This document shows, piece after piece, positions 25,845 through 34,410 of a stretch of 34,410 bases of DNA. Made by a program: the position numbers and the translations under genes. Each line of letters opens with the position of its first letter. The stretch's first letter is position 1. Under the pieces are notes generated by a model, which saw nothing but the letters and a program-made list of their open reading frames with translations, was not told the origin of the DNA and ran no database searches. The stretch is from Promethearchaeota archaeon. Its GTDB lineage: Archaea > Asgardarchaeota > Lokiarchaeia > Sigyniarchaeales > SOKP01. The DNA lies in assembly GCA_048941285.1 (NCBI GenBank), contig JBHLNS010000027.1, positions 12,211-46,620 on the forward strand, written 5' to 3'.

Positions 25845-27134
25845 TTATTTATCGTAATACGGTATTAACTTTTTACCCCCTCTCCGTCGTAATAAAAACA
25901 TCAATGTGGTTATAGCAGCGACTCCTATTATGGTAAAAATAATAAAATAAATCGCTGAGTCAGATAGAGGTCTAAGATCTGTTTCAATAACTGTTATTTC
26001 AATTGAATACTGAAAATCATAAGCAGTATGATCACTACATACAGCAGATGGAACAATAGGAAATTCAGAGACATAATTAAAAGGAGGGGTCGCTCCAGGC
26101 AAATAAAACCATGCACCAACATTTAAATTAAATCTTAAAAAGTCTATTCCATTGAAATATCCTTTTTTCCATGTTGGATCGCAGGCTATCCATCCAATAT
26201 CCGGGACATAATATTCGACCCATGCATGCCCTAAAATTTGATTTGTACTTGATTGGGTTTGAGTTGCTCCTATATAATTAAGGTCAAAGAAATATTTATT
26301 ACCTTCTGCTGGACGATGAGCGGGAATATTTGTAATTAGAAAACCAGTTACTTTTCTTGCGGGAATACTTTGAATTCTTAAGAGAGTAATCATTAGATCA
26401 GAAATATCCGAGCAATCACCTTTTCTTTGAACATATGCTTCATATGCACCTATTTCTTGATTTTGTACCTCATAGTCGATATTTAATGCAATCCAATTGA
26501 ATATTGCCTCTGCTTTATCGACTGGATTGGTTCTAGATCCTACAATGCTATTAGAGAGTGCTCTTAATGTTGGGTGGCTACTATTATAAAAAACTTCAGT
26601 CACATTATATAAAGAATGTATAATGTCCCCAGGATTATAAATTCCATAATCTCCATCATTAATTTCAGTAAAATAGATGTCATTAAGAGTTATATTATAT
26701 TTATAATAAATTGTTATTTTCTCAGAATTACCCAAGGTCACATTAAATAAATCATAAGTGTTATTGAATTTATCTACAAATCCCTCTTTAATTTCATCTC
26801 CATCCCATCTGGAAATATTACTTTCAATACTTTCAAGTTCTTGATAAGGAGGACAGAGAGGAGTTAATGGTGAATTTGGCTGCCGATCAATTAATCTAGC
26901 CACTTTGAAAATATAATTCTGAGGTGGAACTTTAGTGTGCGTAAGACTATAATTCATTTCTACTTGATATTTTACACTCTGGGAAATATTATAATGAGAA
27001 ACTCCATAATCAGGAGCAGATTCTCGGGGAAATAGAGCTATAGTATTAGAAGAAGTGTATGAATATACTCCAATTGAATTAATTGCGGGAAAAAAAAGCA
27101 AAAATAAAAACACGAAAGTTAGTTTAGGTTTCAT
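25845..27134 (-). CDS. Secreted, membrane-anchored transglutaminase-like domain protein
   Basis: Signal peptide; triad motifs GDCSD, HAWVEYY and DPTW; C-terminal TM helix followed by RRR; several NxS/T sequons. Confidence 0.88.
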   Translation of the reverse strand: MKPKLTFVFLFLLFFPAINSIGVYSYTSSNTIALFPRESAPDYGVSHYNISQSVKYQVEMNYSLTHTKVPPQNYIFKVARLIDRQPNSPLTPLCPPYQELESIESNISRWDGDEIKEGFVDKFNNTYDLFNVTLGNSEKITIYYKYNITLNDIYFTEINDGDYGIYNPGDIIHSLYNVTEVFYNSSHPTLRALSNSIVGSRTNPVDKAEAIFNWIALNIDYEVQNQEIGAYEAYVQRKGDCSDISDLMITLLRIQSIPARKVTGFLITNIPAHRPAEGNKYFFDLNYIGATQTQSSTNQILGHAWVEYYVPDIGWIACDPTWKKGYFNGIDFLRFNLNVGAWFYLPGATPPFNYVSEFPIVPSAVCSDHTAYDFQYSIEITVIETDLRPLSDSAIYFIIFTIIGVAAITTLMFLLRRRGGKKLIPYYDK

Positions 27135-27280
27135 TTTAAATTCTTAGAACTTAGAAATTTATTATATTAGAAATAATATTAGCTATTTTTATTTTTAACC
27201 ATTAGAAAATTGTAAAATAAGAATAAAAGAGTGAATTTTTATATTTTTAATATACTTAAAAAATTCTAGTTTCTTGAGCT

Positions 27281-27916
27281 TTGATTTATAAGATATATTT
27301 AATTGATGCTGATAATGGAATATCATTAGTTGAATCCACCTTTAAAGAGTTAAAGAAAGTTCAAGACGACATAATAACAGGATTTTTCAATGCTATTAAT
27401 ACTACAATCGATGTGATTCAAGAGGCTATGGTGAAAGGGAGAAGAGTAAATGAAATGAATAGAGTTCTCCAATCTGAGGATTCAATAGTTTTTATTTATT
27501 ATCATCCTTTATCAAGAATATTATTTTGTTCAATTTCAGATAAAGATGATGACGTTGAAAGAATAGAAAATGTAGTTCATAAAATAGCAAATCGTTTCTG
27601 GAAAAAACATCAATCTGATTTAAAGAATTTTAGAACTACAACAGATAAAAGTAGATTCCAAACGTTAATTGCAGATATCGAAAATCTAACAATAGGAGGA
27701 CGTATAGCAGAAGTTTTTCCAAAATTATTGATTGTTAAAGGCGTTCTGGAAAAGGTTCTTTCTATGGGAATGATCGATGAATTTGATTTACAAGTAGCTT
27801 TACAATGTACTGGAAGCAATTCCCCATTGAAGATTTCAAGGATCTTGAATAAAAAGCAATCAGAAGTAATTACTATATTGAAAAAACTAGAGCAATTTGA
27901 AATTATAAAAATATAA
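27281..27916 (+). CDS. Longin-like domain + winged-helix protein
   Basis: IYLID..NGISL...F...DDIITGFFNAI longin pattern; C-terminal wHTH ..CTG..S..KISRIL......ILKKLEQ..II. TTG start. Confidence 0.75.
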   Translation: MIYKIYLIDADNGISLVESTFKELKKVQDDIITGFFNAINTTIDVIQEAMVKGRRVNEMNRVLQSEDSIVFIYYHPLSRILFCSISDKDDDVERIENVVHKIANRFWKKHQSDLKNFRTTTDKSRFQTLIADIENLTIGGRIAEVFPKLLIVKGVLEKVLSMGMIDEFDLQVALQCTGSNSPLKISRILNKKQSEVITILKKLEQFEIIKI

Positions 27917-28020
27917 ACTTTATTTAATAAATAAGATATCCCAACTACTTCTGAATCGAAAAAAATAAATGTTTTAAACATTTTTCAAAATTGCATATAA
28001 AATATTTAGATGATGATATC

Positions 28021-28605
28021 ATGGAGATTAAACAAAAGGTTATCGCTCATGTTAAAAGCCCTTCAAAAGAATCTCATTTAAGAGATGGTAATGGCTTTTC
28101 TTTAAATGAAATTAAACAAGCAGATGTATCAATTAATATATTGAGAGAATTGAATATTAAAGTAGACTATTTTAGAAAATCAGCGCATCAAGATAATACT
28201 GATAAACTTAAATCAATAGAGCTCCCAAAACAGGAAAGAAAAAGAAGGCAGCCATTTGTTAAAAGAGAGAAAAAGATAACACCGTTTAAACCTAAAACGG
28301 AAAAGCGTATAGTAAAGAAACCAGTAAAGCCTAAAACACCTCCTGTAAAACCTACTTCTAAACCGAAAAAGAAAGAAAAAGAAATTCCTATAAAATTAGA
28401 AAAAATTCCAAAACCTACAGGTATACCCTTGACAGAATTAGCTGGATTAGGGGCTACTACTGCAAAAAAATTAATTGAGCTTGGTGTTAATAGTGTTGAA
28501 GATTTATTAAAAGAAAATGCTGATGAATTAGCTACATTAATCAAAGGTGTGTCCGTAGATAGAATTATAAAATGGATCGAAGAAGGTAAGCAGTTGATAA
28601 AATAA
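28021..28605 (+). CDS. Ribosomal protein eL13-like domain fused to K/P-rich linker and helix-hairpin-helix domain
   Basis: VKSP...RDGNGFSLNEI..A.......LNIKVD.FRKSAH.DN..KLK matches archaeal L13e; LTELAGLG..TAKKL..LGV.SVEDL is an HhH. ATG 28021 preferred over TTG 27991. Confidence 0.78.
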   Translation: MEIKQKVIAHVKSPSKESHLRDGNGFSLNEIKQADVSINILRELNIKVDYFRKSAHQDNTDKLKSIELPKQERKRRQPFVKREKKITPFKPKTEKRIVKKPVKPKTPPVKPTSKPKKKEKEIPIKLEKIPKPTGIPLTELAGLGATTAKKLIELGVNSVEDLLKENADELATLIKGVSVDRIIKWIEEGKQLIK

Positions 28606-28749
28606 TTTTATACTTTTTTATATTACATTACTATTTTAATAAAAATTATAATGGTTGTGTTATCATCTATTACAGAAATTTTATAAATTTTAAATTCATT
28701 TTAGAAATAATTTTCTCTTATAAATTAATGAAAAATAGTCGGGAAGGAT

Positions 28750-29247
28750 ATGGAATATAACTATTATGTATATAATAAGCCAGAATGTGATGTTACAATA
28801 AATAAAATGCCAAAATGGTATCAAGAAATTGAATATGAGGGTAATCAGCATCAAGGTTTTATCTTATTGAATTCTCAGAATGAATATGATGAGATTTGGG
28901 GTCCCGAATCCAAAATGGAGATAAATTGGGAGAAAAAGGAAAGATTAAATTTTTTTTATTATAAAGAAGTACAAAACTCAATAGATGTATACAACGCAAT
29001 TGGTCTTGTTGTCACAGAAAAAAATAGAGATTGGCTATTGAGTCATGAAATTACATTTTGGCTTGGACATCGAAATAAGCTGATTAGAAAAAGACTTTAT
29101 CATGAAAAAGCAATACATTGTATTTTTTACTGTGAAACAACTGAGAGACTATTTAATATTCATACCTCAGTGATAGGGGATAGATTTGAAAATTTTAAAC
29201 CTTTTATATTAAATTCCTATAATTCAGTAGTTTGTCATGGGTCTTAG
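28750..29247 (+). CDS. Hypothetical protein
   Basis: 165 aa soluble ORF preceded by GGGAAGGA; ends in S..CH. Confidence 0.7.
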   Translation: MEYNYYVYNKPECDVTINKMPKWYQEIEYEGNQHQGFILLNSQNEYDEIWGPESKMEINWEKKERLNFFYYKEVQNSIDVYNAIGLVVTEKNRDWLLSHEITFWLGHRNKLIRKRLYHEKAIHCIFYCETTERLFNIHTSVIGDRFENFKPFILNSYNSVVCHGS

Positions 29248-29984
29248 TTTTTTTGAGCGAATACAAAAAAGTTATCCCTATTAGTAGGACCCCCCGTTAT
29301 CTTAAATTCTACAATCCTGAAGATTTTCATTAATTTTTTAAGTTCATGTTTAGAAAAAAAATGATAAAATCGATCATAAACTTCATTTTCTTTTGACAAT
29401 TTCCAAGATACATATTTATCCCCATATTCTTCACATCCAATCACTTTTTGTTGGTTTTTATAATCAAAAGAAAAATTTCTTTTAAGCCATTCCCAAATAA
29501 AATATGTCCTAAACTCTTTTTGCCATTTACGCCATACTGTTAAAATCAAGTTACCATTTTCTTTTAATGATCCATGCATTCGAACTAATGCAGATTTTCT
29601 TTTAGATCTTTTTTTTAGATGATGTATCGTAGCAATTGAAAAGATTGTATTAACTGAATTCTCTCGAATGGGAAGATATACAATATCTGCATGAATAAGC
29701 TGAAAAAAGTTTTTTTCATTGGGGGAAAAGTGATTAATATCACTCAAAGTTGATTTTGCGATTTTAAGTAAATTAAAAGAAACATCCACCCCTATTAATT
29801 TATTTGGAGGGTTACTCATTATCTTAAAATTTCTACCATTTGCACATCCTAAATCCAGAATTATTCCATGAAAGTGATGTCCTTTGGTTTTCAAAAATTT
29901 TATGAAAAACTCAAGTGGTCTCCATGGTTTTTTTCGTTTCGAATGATAATCTTTTGCAATATTATTAAAACTTGAACTCTCCAT
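29244..29984 (-). CDS. Class I SAM methyltransferase, Trm9/ALKBH8-like (tRNA wobble uridine methyltransferase family)
   Basis: FNNIA.DY..KR.KPW, LDLGCANGRN, SIATIHHL, G.LILTVW, RFYHFF...EL. Start moved to ATG 29984 (or 29993); the longer ORF runs through AT-rich promoter DNA. Confidence 0.78.
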   Translation of the reverse strand: MESSSFNNIAKDYHSKRKKPWRPLEFFIKFLKTKGHHFHGIILDLGCANGRNFKIMSNPPNKLIGVDVSFNLLKIAKSTLSDINHFSPNEKNFFQLIHADIVYLPIRENSVNTIFSIATIHHLKKRSKRKSALVRMHGSLKENGNLILTVWRKWQKEFRTYFIWEWLKRNFSFDYKNQQKVIGCEEYGDKYVSWKLSKENEVYDRFYHFFSKHELKKLMKIFRIVEFKITGGPTNRDNFFVFAQKN

Positions 29985-30090
29985 GAAATACATACACACG
30001 ATACTTCTTTTTAAAACATAAATGATAATATGATAATATTGATATATAATTTTCAATATATAATATTGAATGAAATAAGAATATTGGGAC

Positions 30091-31743
30091 ATGAAAGAAA
30101 TTACTGATACTCTATCTGTTTTTTTTAATATATTCAGGAATGATGTGCTCGAATTCTTTCAAAAGAGCTATTCTTATTTAAGAGATTTAATTGTATATAA
30201 AAAGATTGATTTAAATGAGAAGATTGAAACAGATAATGAATCTCAGGTAAAGAATAATATCGAAAAAATGTTAAAAGCCATTAAAACAGGTTTAAATACA
30301 ATTGGTATACCTATAGAACAGTTAAACAAAGATCAAAAGAATTTCTTAGAAAAATTTAGTATAGAGAAAGTACAAATCTCTAACTATAATTCTTATTTTG
30401 AGATTTATCTGCAAAACCATGTAAATATTCTATTATTCGAAATATTATTTGATTATCTACTTAATATTGATGAAAAAAAACTAGAGAATGTAAATTTATT
30501 TGATCTATTACCCCCATATTTCCTTTCTAAATTAAATGAATTTAAGAGGAGCCATTTCAGCAATAAAAAAACAGTTGAACTCTTCAAAAAACAAAATTAT
30601 AAGAGTTATATTAATTTCACTGATTTAACAATAATTAAACCCATGTGGGTAGCAGAAGATAATATCTTAGAACAATTAAGGGAAGCAAAAGAGGGTTCTA
30701 TTGAAACTTTAAAAACTAATAAGAGAGAGGGGATAAAACAATCATTTGGAACAATAAGAGAGAAGGAAAATATAGATAAGAAAGCTGTTCAGGTTAATAT
30801 CGGCACAGTTATCACCCAAATTGAACATAATTTAAATATTGTGTTAAACACTAACACTTTCCTTGATTATATTGGAAATTGTGTGCCAATACATCCTAAA
30901 ATAATTAATAAGATTACTATCGATAAATTAAATCTTATAAATTTAAAAGTAGTAAATCGCGATTTTTTTGATTTAGAGAGCCTATTTTATTATATCTCTA
31001 TTCTTAAAATGTTAAATCTTGAATCCCCCTTTAGTCCTACAGAAATTTTAGAAATATTAAAAAATTTTGTACATAGATGGGTATTTAGCTCTTCAATTGA
31101 TAGTGTACCGGATTCGATCAATAATTTTTATGGTCTAGCAATTTTTAATGAAATGGACTTGCTAAACAAAACAAATGTCATTGATCTTCAAGAAATCGAA
31201 AATTTTATAATAAAAGATTTAGAGACGGTTATACCTGAGAAATTAGAATTAAATCTATATTCTCTTTTATGCATGAAATTAATAATAAAAATGCAAAAAA
31301 AAAAATTAGAGAGAAAATTAAATCTGGAACCAATTACTCATCTCAATTTACTTGAGAGGCTAAATTTAAAGCCTACTTTAGACATTTTTAATCATTTATC
31401 ATCTTTAAAGTTATTAGGTAAAGAAGATAACATCAATAATTTAAAAATAACATATACCTATGAGATAAAGAAATTGATTACCTCAAATGGATCCATTAGA
31501 GATTTAGTTACTGAATCAGCAATAGCATTATTGATTTTTGATCTACTCAATTTGAAACAAAATGAACAAGAGCTGTGTAACGATTTATTCAATTTTATTC
31601 TAACTAAAACAAGTTTCTTTAATACCGAAAATCTTAATCCAAAATTTAATTGGCGTAGTGACCTATTAGCTTTTAAAATAGAATTGCAAATGTTATATTG
31701 GGCATTAATGGCGAGTGCTGCATTTATATCTGAAAGTAGTTAG
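30091..31743 (+). CDS. Hypothetical helical protein; C-terminal half weakly resembles prenyltransferase/squalene-cyclase-type alpha-alpha repeats
   Basis: 550 aa ORF with recurring helical motifs (LFYYISILKML, NFYGLAIFNEM, NLYSLLCMKLI, LYWALMA). Confidence 0.6.
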   Translation: MKEITDTLSVFFNIFRNDVLEFFQKSYSYLRDLIVYKKIDLNEKIETDNESQVKNNIEKMLKAIKTGLNTIGIPIEQLNKDQKNFLEKFSIEKVQISNYNSYFEIYLQNHVNILLFEILFDYLLNIDEKKLENVNLFDLLPPYFLSKLNEFKRSHFSNKKTVELFKKQNYKSYINFTDLTIIKPMWVAEDNILEQLREAKEGSIETLKTNKREGIKQSFGTIREKENIDKKAVQVNIGTVITQIEHNLNIVLNTNTFLDYIGNCVPIHPKIINKITIDKLNLINLKVVNRDFFDLESLFYYISILKMLNLESPFSPTEILEILKNFVHRWVFSSSIDSVPDSINNFYGLAIFNEMDLLNKTNVIDLQEIENFIIKDLETVIPEKLELNLYSLLCMKLIIKMQKKKLERKLNLEPITHLNLLERLNLKPTLDIFNHLSSLKLLGKEDNINNLKITYTYEIKKLITSNGSIRDLVTESAIALLIFDLLNLKQNEQELCNDLFNFILTKTSFFNTENLNPKFNWRSDLLAFKIELQMLYWALMASAAFISESS

Positions 31744-31825
31744 ACTTAGTTGTATTTTCTAATCACAATCATTCTTTACTATTAAGATAAATTATTGAGT
31801 TTTAAATATTTTAGAGATTTAAATA

Positions 31826-32443
31826 TTAAGAATCACTTAATTTAAGAATATTAAGAAGAAATTTCTTAACGGTAGGGATAATTTTCCCTTTTTTGACCAT
31901 TTTATTCCAGTCCTTTATTAACTTATAATTCTTTTCTAATTCCTTCAAAGTTTTTTCCCCTATTTTTATCCAATTCTCATAGTTTATCAAGGGTGACTCA
32001 TCACTAATGCCTGGACAATATTTTTTACCCTTTTCAGTATAAATTATGTTAATATTCTTCTTCTTCTCTTCATTGTTTTCATCTAATATTTCAAATGAAA
32101 ATGGGAATGTTCGACAGAACATCGGTCTTAAGTTATAGATTAAACATTTTTTTTGTGTAGAATTATAAAAATAACAACCACCTAAGCTATTTTTGCGAAG
32201 AGCTACAAATGCTAATCCCTTTTCCGTTTCAATAGGTGAAATTACCATTTTTTTTTTATTTTCATCAGCCATTTTTTCAAATATATAAAATCCTAGAAGA
32301 TTAAGTACCTCTTTTAGCTCTAATTTCAAACCATTTTTAATTCTTAATATATCTAAATAGGTAAGATTCACTAAAGTATCTTTATCAGTACAACAATTAC
32401 CACACCTAGTACAGATAAATCTTAAATTCATTAGATCTTTCAT
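31826..32443 (-). CDS. YkgJ family CxxCxxCC cysteine-cluster protein (second paralog)
   Basis: CTRCGNCC, CYFY, CLIY..RPMFCRTFPF, CPG. Confidence 0.88.
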   Translation of the reverse strand: MKDLMNLRFICTRCGNCCTDKDTLVNLTYLDILRIKNGLKLELKEVLNLLGFYIFEKMADENKKKMVISPIETEKGLAFVALRKNSLGGCYFYNSTQKKCLIYNLRPMFCRTFPFSFEILDENNEEKKKNINIIYTEKGKKYCPGISDESPLINYENWIKIGEKTLKELEKNYKLIKDWNKMVKKGKIIPTVKKFLLNILKLSDS

Positions 32444-32445
32444 GG

Positions 32446-32464
32446 AAAAAAAAAGAAAAAAAAA
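32446..32464 (-). terminator. Oligo-T tract, candidate terminator
   Basis: T9-C-T9 on the minus strand, 17 nt after the stop at 32482. Confidence 0.35.
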
Positions 32465-32481
32465 GATATTCTTTAAGAATC

Positions 32482-34410
32482 TTAATTATTTAAAGGTATT
32501 ATTATTTTTTGTTTTATTAAACTCTCTATTGCTTCTATAATTAAATCTTTATTTTCTTCATGAACTAATTCTACGATGTTATTTATATCAGCACTTAAAT
32601 TATCTCTTGACATTGATTGGAGGACATTAACTACTCGCATTTCCATTTTTGTTAAGCGCTTTTCTTTTTTCATTGTAATAAGGTTGACATCACTCGAAAG
32701 GGTAAATGCATCCTTGTAATAGAGTTCAAAATATTCATTTATTATCTGAGGGACTGTTATCTCAAAATCATCCAATGAACCGTCCCAATCTTCTAACTCC
32801 TTAGAAAGTTTTAGGTTAAGAGCCAGAATTAAATTTGAAATTTGATTTTTCATTCTTTCGGAGGATTTTGTTTTTAAAATGAAAACAGTACGAATCTCCC
32901 CAATATCCGCGATTAAGCAATAGAATTGTTTGAAGTCCAATTCAATCATTTTTTCGATACCATAAGCTTTTTCAGAACCAGTTGCTCCTTTTTCTACGAA
33001 TTCTTCACCAATCATTGTGATTGCTTGAATGAATCCCGAAAAGAGTTCTTTCTTATGTTTTTCTAGAATTGAATAACTTTTTGAAAAAAGAGGAATACCA
33101 CTCAACTTATGGATTATAACAACAGCTTGAATATTTTTAAGGTCTTTAAATCTTTGAGTTTTTGCTAATAATTCTGCTTCTTTTTTCCTTCGTATAGGTA
33201 ATAATACATATGATCTTAAGCTTAATGCTGCAAATATCGCTCCGACTCCTATAGATGCAAATAATATAATTAATAACCATAAATTAGGTCCACCTGGATT
33301 TACAGGAGGATTTATTATCTCAAATTGATAAATATGTATTTGTGGTTCATATCCTATAGCAGTAAATTCAAAGATTAATCGATATACACCTGTGTGGCTA
33401 CAAAATACAGTACTGAATTCAATAGCATAAATTCCTTCGGTTAAATCTTGAATTGTATAATAAATAGGATTAGTAATATTTACAGTTACTTGCGCATCAG
33501 GAATTCCCTCATCATCGAATTCTGAATAATATAAAAAACGGATAGTACTATTCTCATTAATTACTATTTTTGAATCAGAGTCTAATCTTTGCAGATTTGT
33601 ATTTTCACCTAAATTTATCAGTAATGTCAAATTACTATCAATAAACCCTATTTTACTTGAGCGAATTATAATATTATATAATCCATAACCTCCTAAATCC
33701 GATGTATCAAGAATACCTTCATATATTCCCAACGCTGCATCTGTTAAATAATTTGTTTCTCCAGTCCAATTATATGATATTATCGCATCTGGGATAGATT
33801 GACCCGTCTCAGCATCCCTAAAATAAACTCTTAATGGAATTATATCTCCAATAGTAGCTCCTGTCTGATTATCTGATTTTGCATCATCTGGTTTTAAAAT
33901 GGTTAAATAACTATCGTGAACAACTATAAAATTAGATCTTAGCCCACCAATAGCAGTTCCGTTGCTCCAAAATATCGTGTAATTATAAATACCCCCTACT
34001 GAATTTTCTGCTGTAAAAATTATATCTGAGAAAACAACGGTTCCGTTTGAAAATGGTGTCTTGGATTCTTGAAGCCAAGTAGTACCATTTGGAAAATAGA
34101 CTGTTAAATCAGCAGTAGTAAAATCTAAATTAGCAGGAATTTCATTTGAATTATTTATTTGTGTTTTGATTTTTGTAAAATCCCCCGTCCTAAATGATGT
34201 TTTTACCCATTTTCCGTCTTTAAACATTTTAGTATTTCTCTCGTCAATATAATTCGGAGATGTGGCTCTAAATGTCCACCATCCGGGAAAAATAGCATTT
34301 GTTTTATTTATTCTCAAATAGGAATCACCAATATCTCCACCTTCAAATGTTATAGATCTAAATGTAGGATCTAAGGCAGAAATGAATTTCCAATTTATGG
34401 GTTTATTTAT
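32482..34410 (-). CDS. Large single-pass membrane protein: beta-rich ectodomain, TM helix, cytoplasmic longin-like + wHTH domains; 5' end outside window
   Basis: The frame stays open from 34317 to the window edge (INKPINWKFISALDPTFRSITFEGGDIGDSYL). Ig-like repeats with G.Y motifs and NxS/T sequons; TM LWLLIILF...; cytoplasmic VVIIHKLSGIPLFSKSY..LFSGFIQAI longin pattern. Confidence 0.85.
   Translation of the reverse strand: MNKPINWKFISALDPTFRSITFEGGDIGDSYLRINKTNAIFPGWWTFRATSPNYIDERNTKMFKDGKWVKTSFRTGDFTKIKTQINNSNEIPANLDFTTADLTVYFPNGTTWLQESKTPFSNGTVVFSDIIFTAENSVGGIYNYTIFWSNGTAIGGLRSNFIVVHDSYLTILKPDDAKSDNQTGATIGDIIPLRVYFRDAETGQSIPDAIISYNWTGETNYLTDAALGIYEGILDTSDLGGYGLYNIIIRSSKIGFIDSNLTLLINLGENTNLQRLDSDSKIVINENSTIRFLYYSEFDDEGIPDAQVTVNITNPIYYTIQDLTEGIYAIEFSTVFCSHTGVYRLIFEFTAIGYEPQIHIYQFEIINPPVNPGGPNLWLLIILFASIGVGAIFAALSLRSYVLLPIRRKKEAELLAKTQRFKDLKNIQAVVIIHKLSGIPLFSKSYSILEKHKKELFSGFIQAITMIGEEFVEKGATGSEKAYGIEKMIELDFKQFYCLIADIGEIRTVFILKTKSSERMKNQISNLILALNLKLSKELEDWDGSLDDFEITVPQIINEYFELYYKDAFTLSSDVNLITMKKEKRLTKMEMRVVNVLQSMSRDNLSADINNIVELVHEENKDLIIEAIESLIKQKIIIPLNN

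Noticed and set aside
25845-25990. Transglutaminase C-terminus as a substrate of the local archaeosortase
   Set aside because: It has a TM helix plus basic residues but no recognisable PGF/PGY/PEF-type signature before the helix, and the genes are 12 kb apart.
6414-28544. Short ORFs antisense to or inside longer genes (e.g. 6414, 6723, 7200, 7656, 7958, 8773, 9514, 11240, 14053, 15120, 15671, 20738, 24341, 24800, 25604, 27610, 28188)
   Set aside because: They overlap well-supported genes on the opposite strand and show no recognisable motifs.
29994-30092. N-terminal extension of the Trm9-like ORF overlapping the divergent gene start
   Set aside because: Y/I-rich translation of an AT-rich divergent promoter; not credible coding sequence.
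1-34410. High density of small GTPases as evidence of one operon
   Set aside because: The genes are on both strands and interspersed with unrelated genes, and Lokiarchaeia are known to be GTPase-rich, so density alone is not evidence of a system.

Overview
AT-rich, gene-dense chromosomal segment of an Asgard archaeon, most likely Lokiarchaeia. The evidence is TBP, UPF0147, an eL13-like protein, an MtrH-like protein, an archaeosortase and many 'eukaryotic signature' small GTPase, longin and roadblock proteins. It holds about 31 CDSs (the first and last are cut by the window edges) and one tRNA-Pro(CGG) gene. I found no mobile element or CRISPR array. The main signal is a dispersed set of small-GTPase regulators. 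Four GTPases share an N-terminal uDENN/longin domain: two Rab-like tandem paralogs and two Rag/Arf-like proteins with C-terminal roadblock domains. In each pair one member carries a folliculin/SMCR8-type arginine-finger loop (DDSARG, DESRRG) and the other has Lys at that position. The set also includes a Rag-like GTPase next to a Zn-ribbon/roadblock protein with repeated LxEIP motifs, a small longin+winged-helix protein, and a single-pass receptor-like protein with a cytoplasmic longin domain. Other oddities are an NrdD-like protein missing all radical-chemistry residues, a tRNA-Pro with C33, and an eL13-HhH fusion. All family assignments come from motif recognition by eye; no database search was run.
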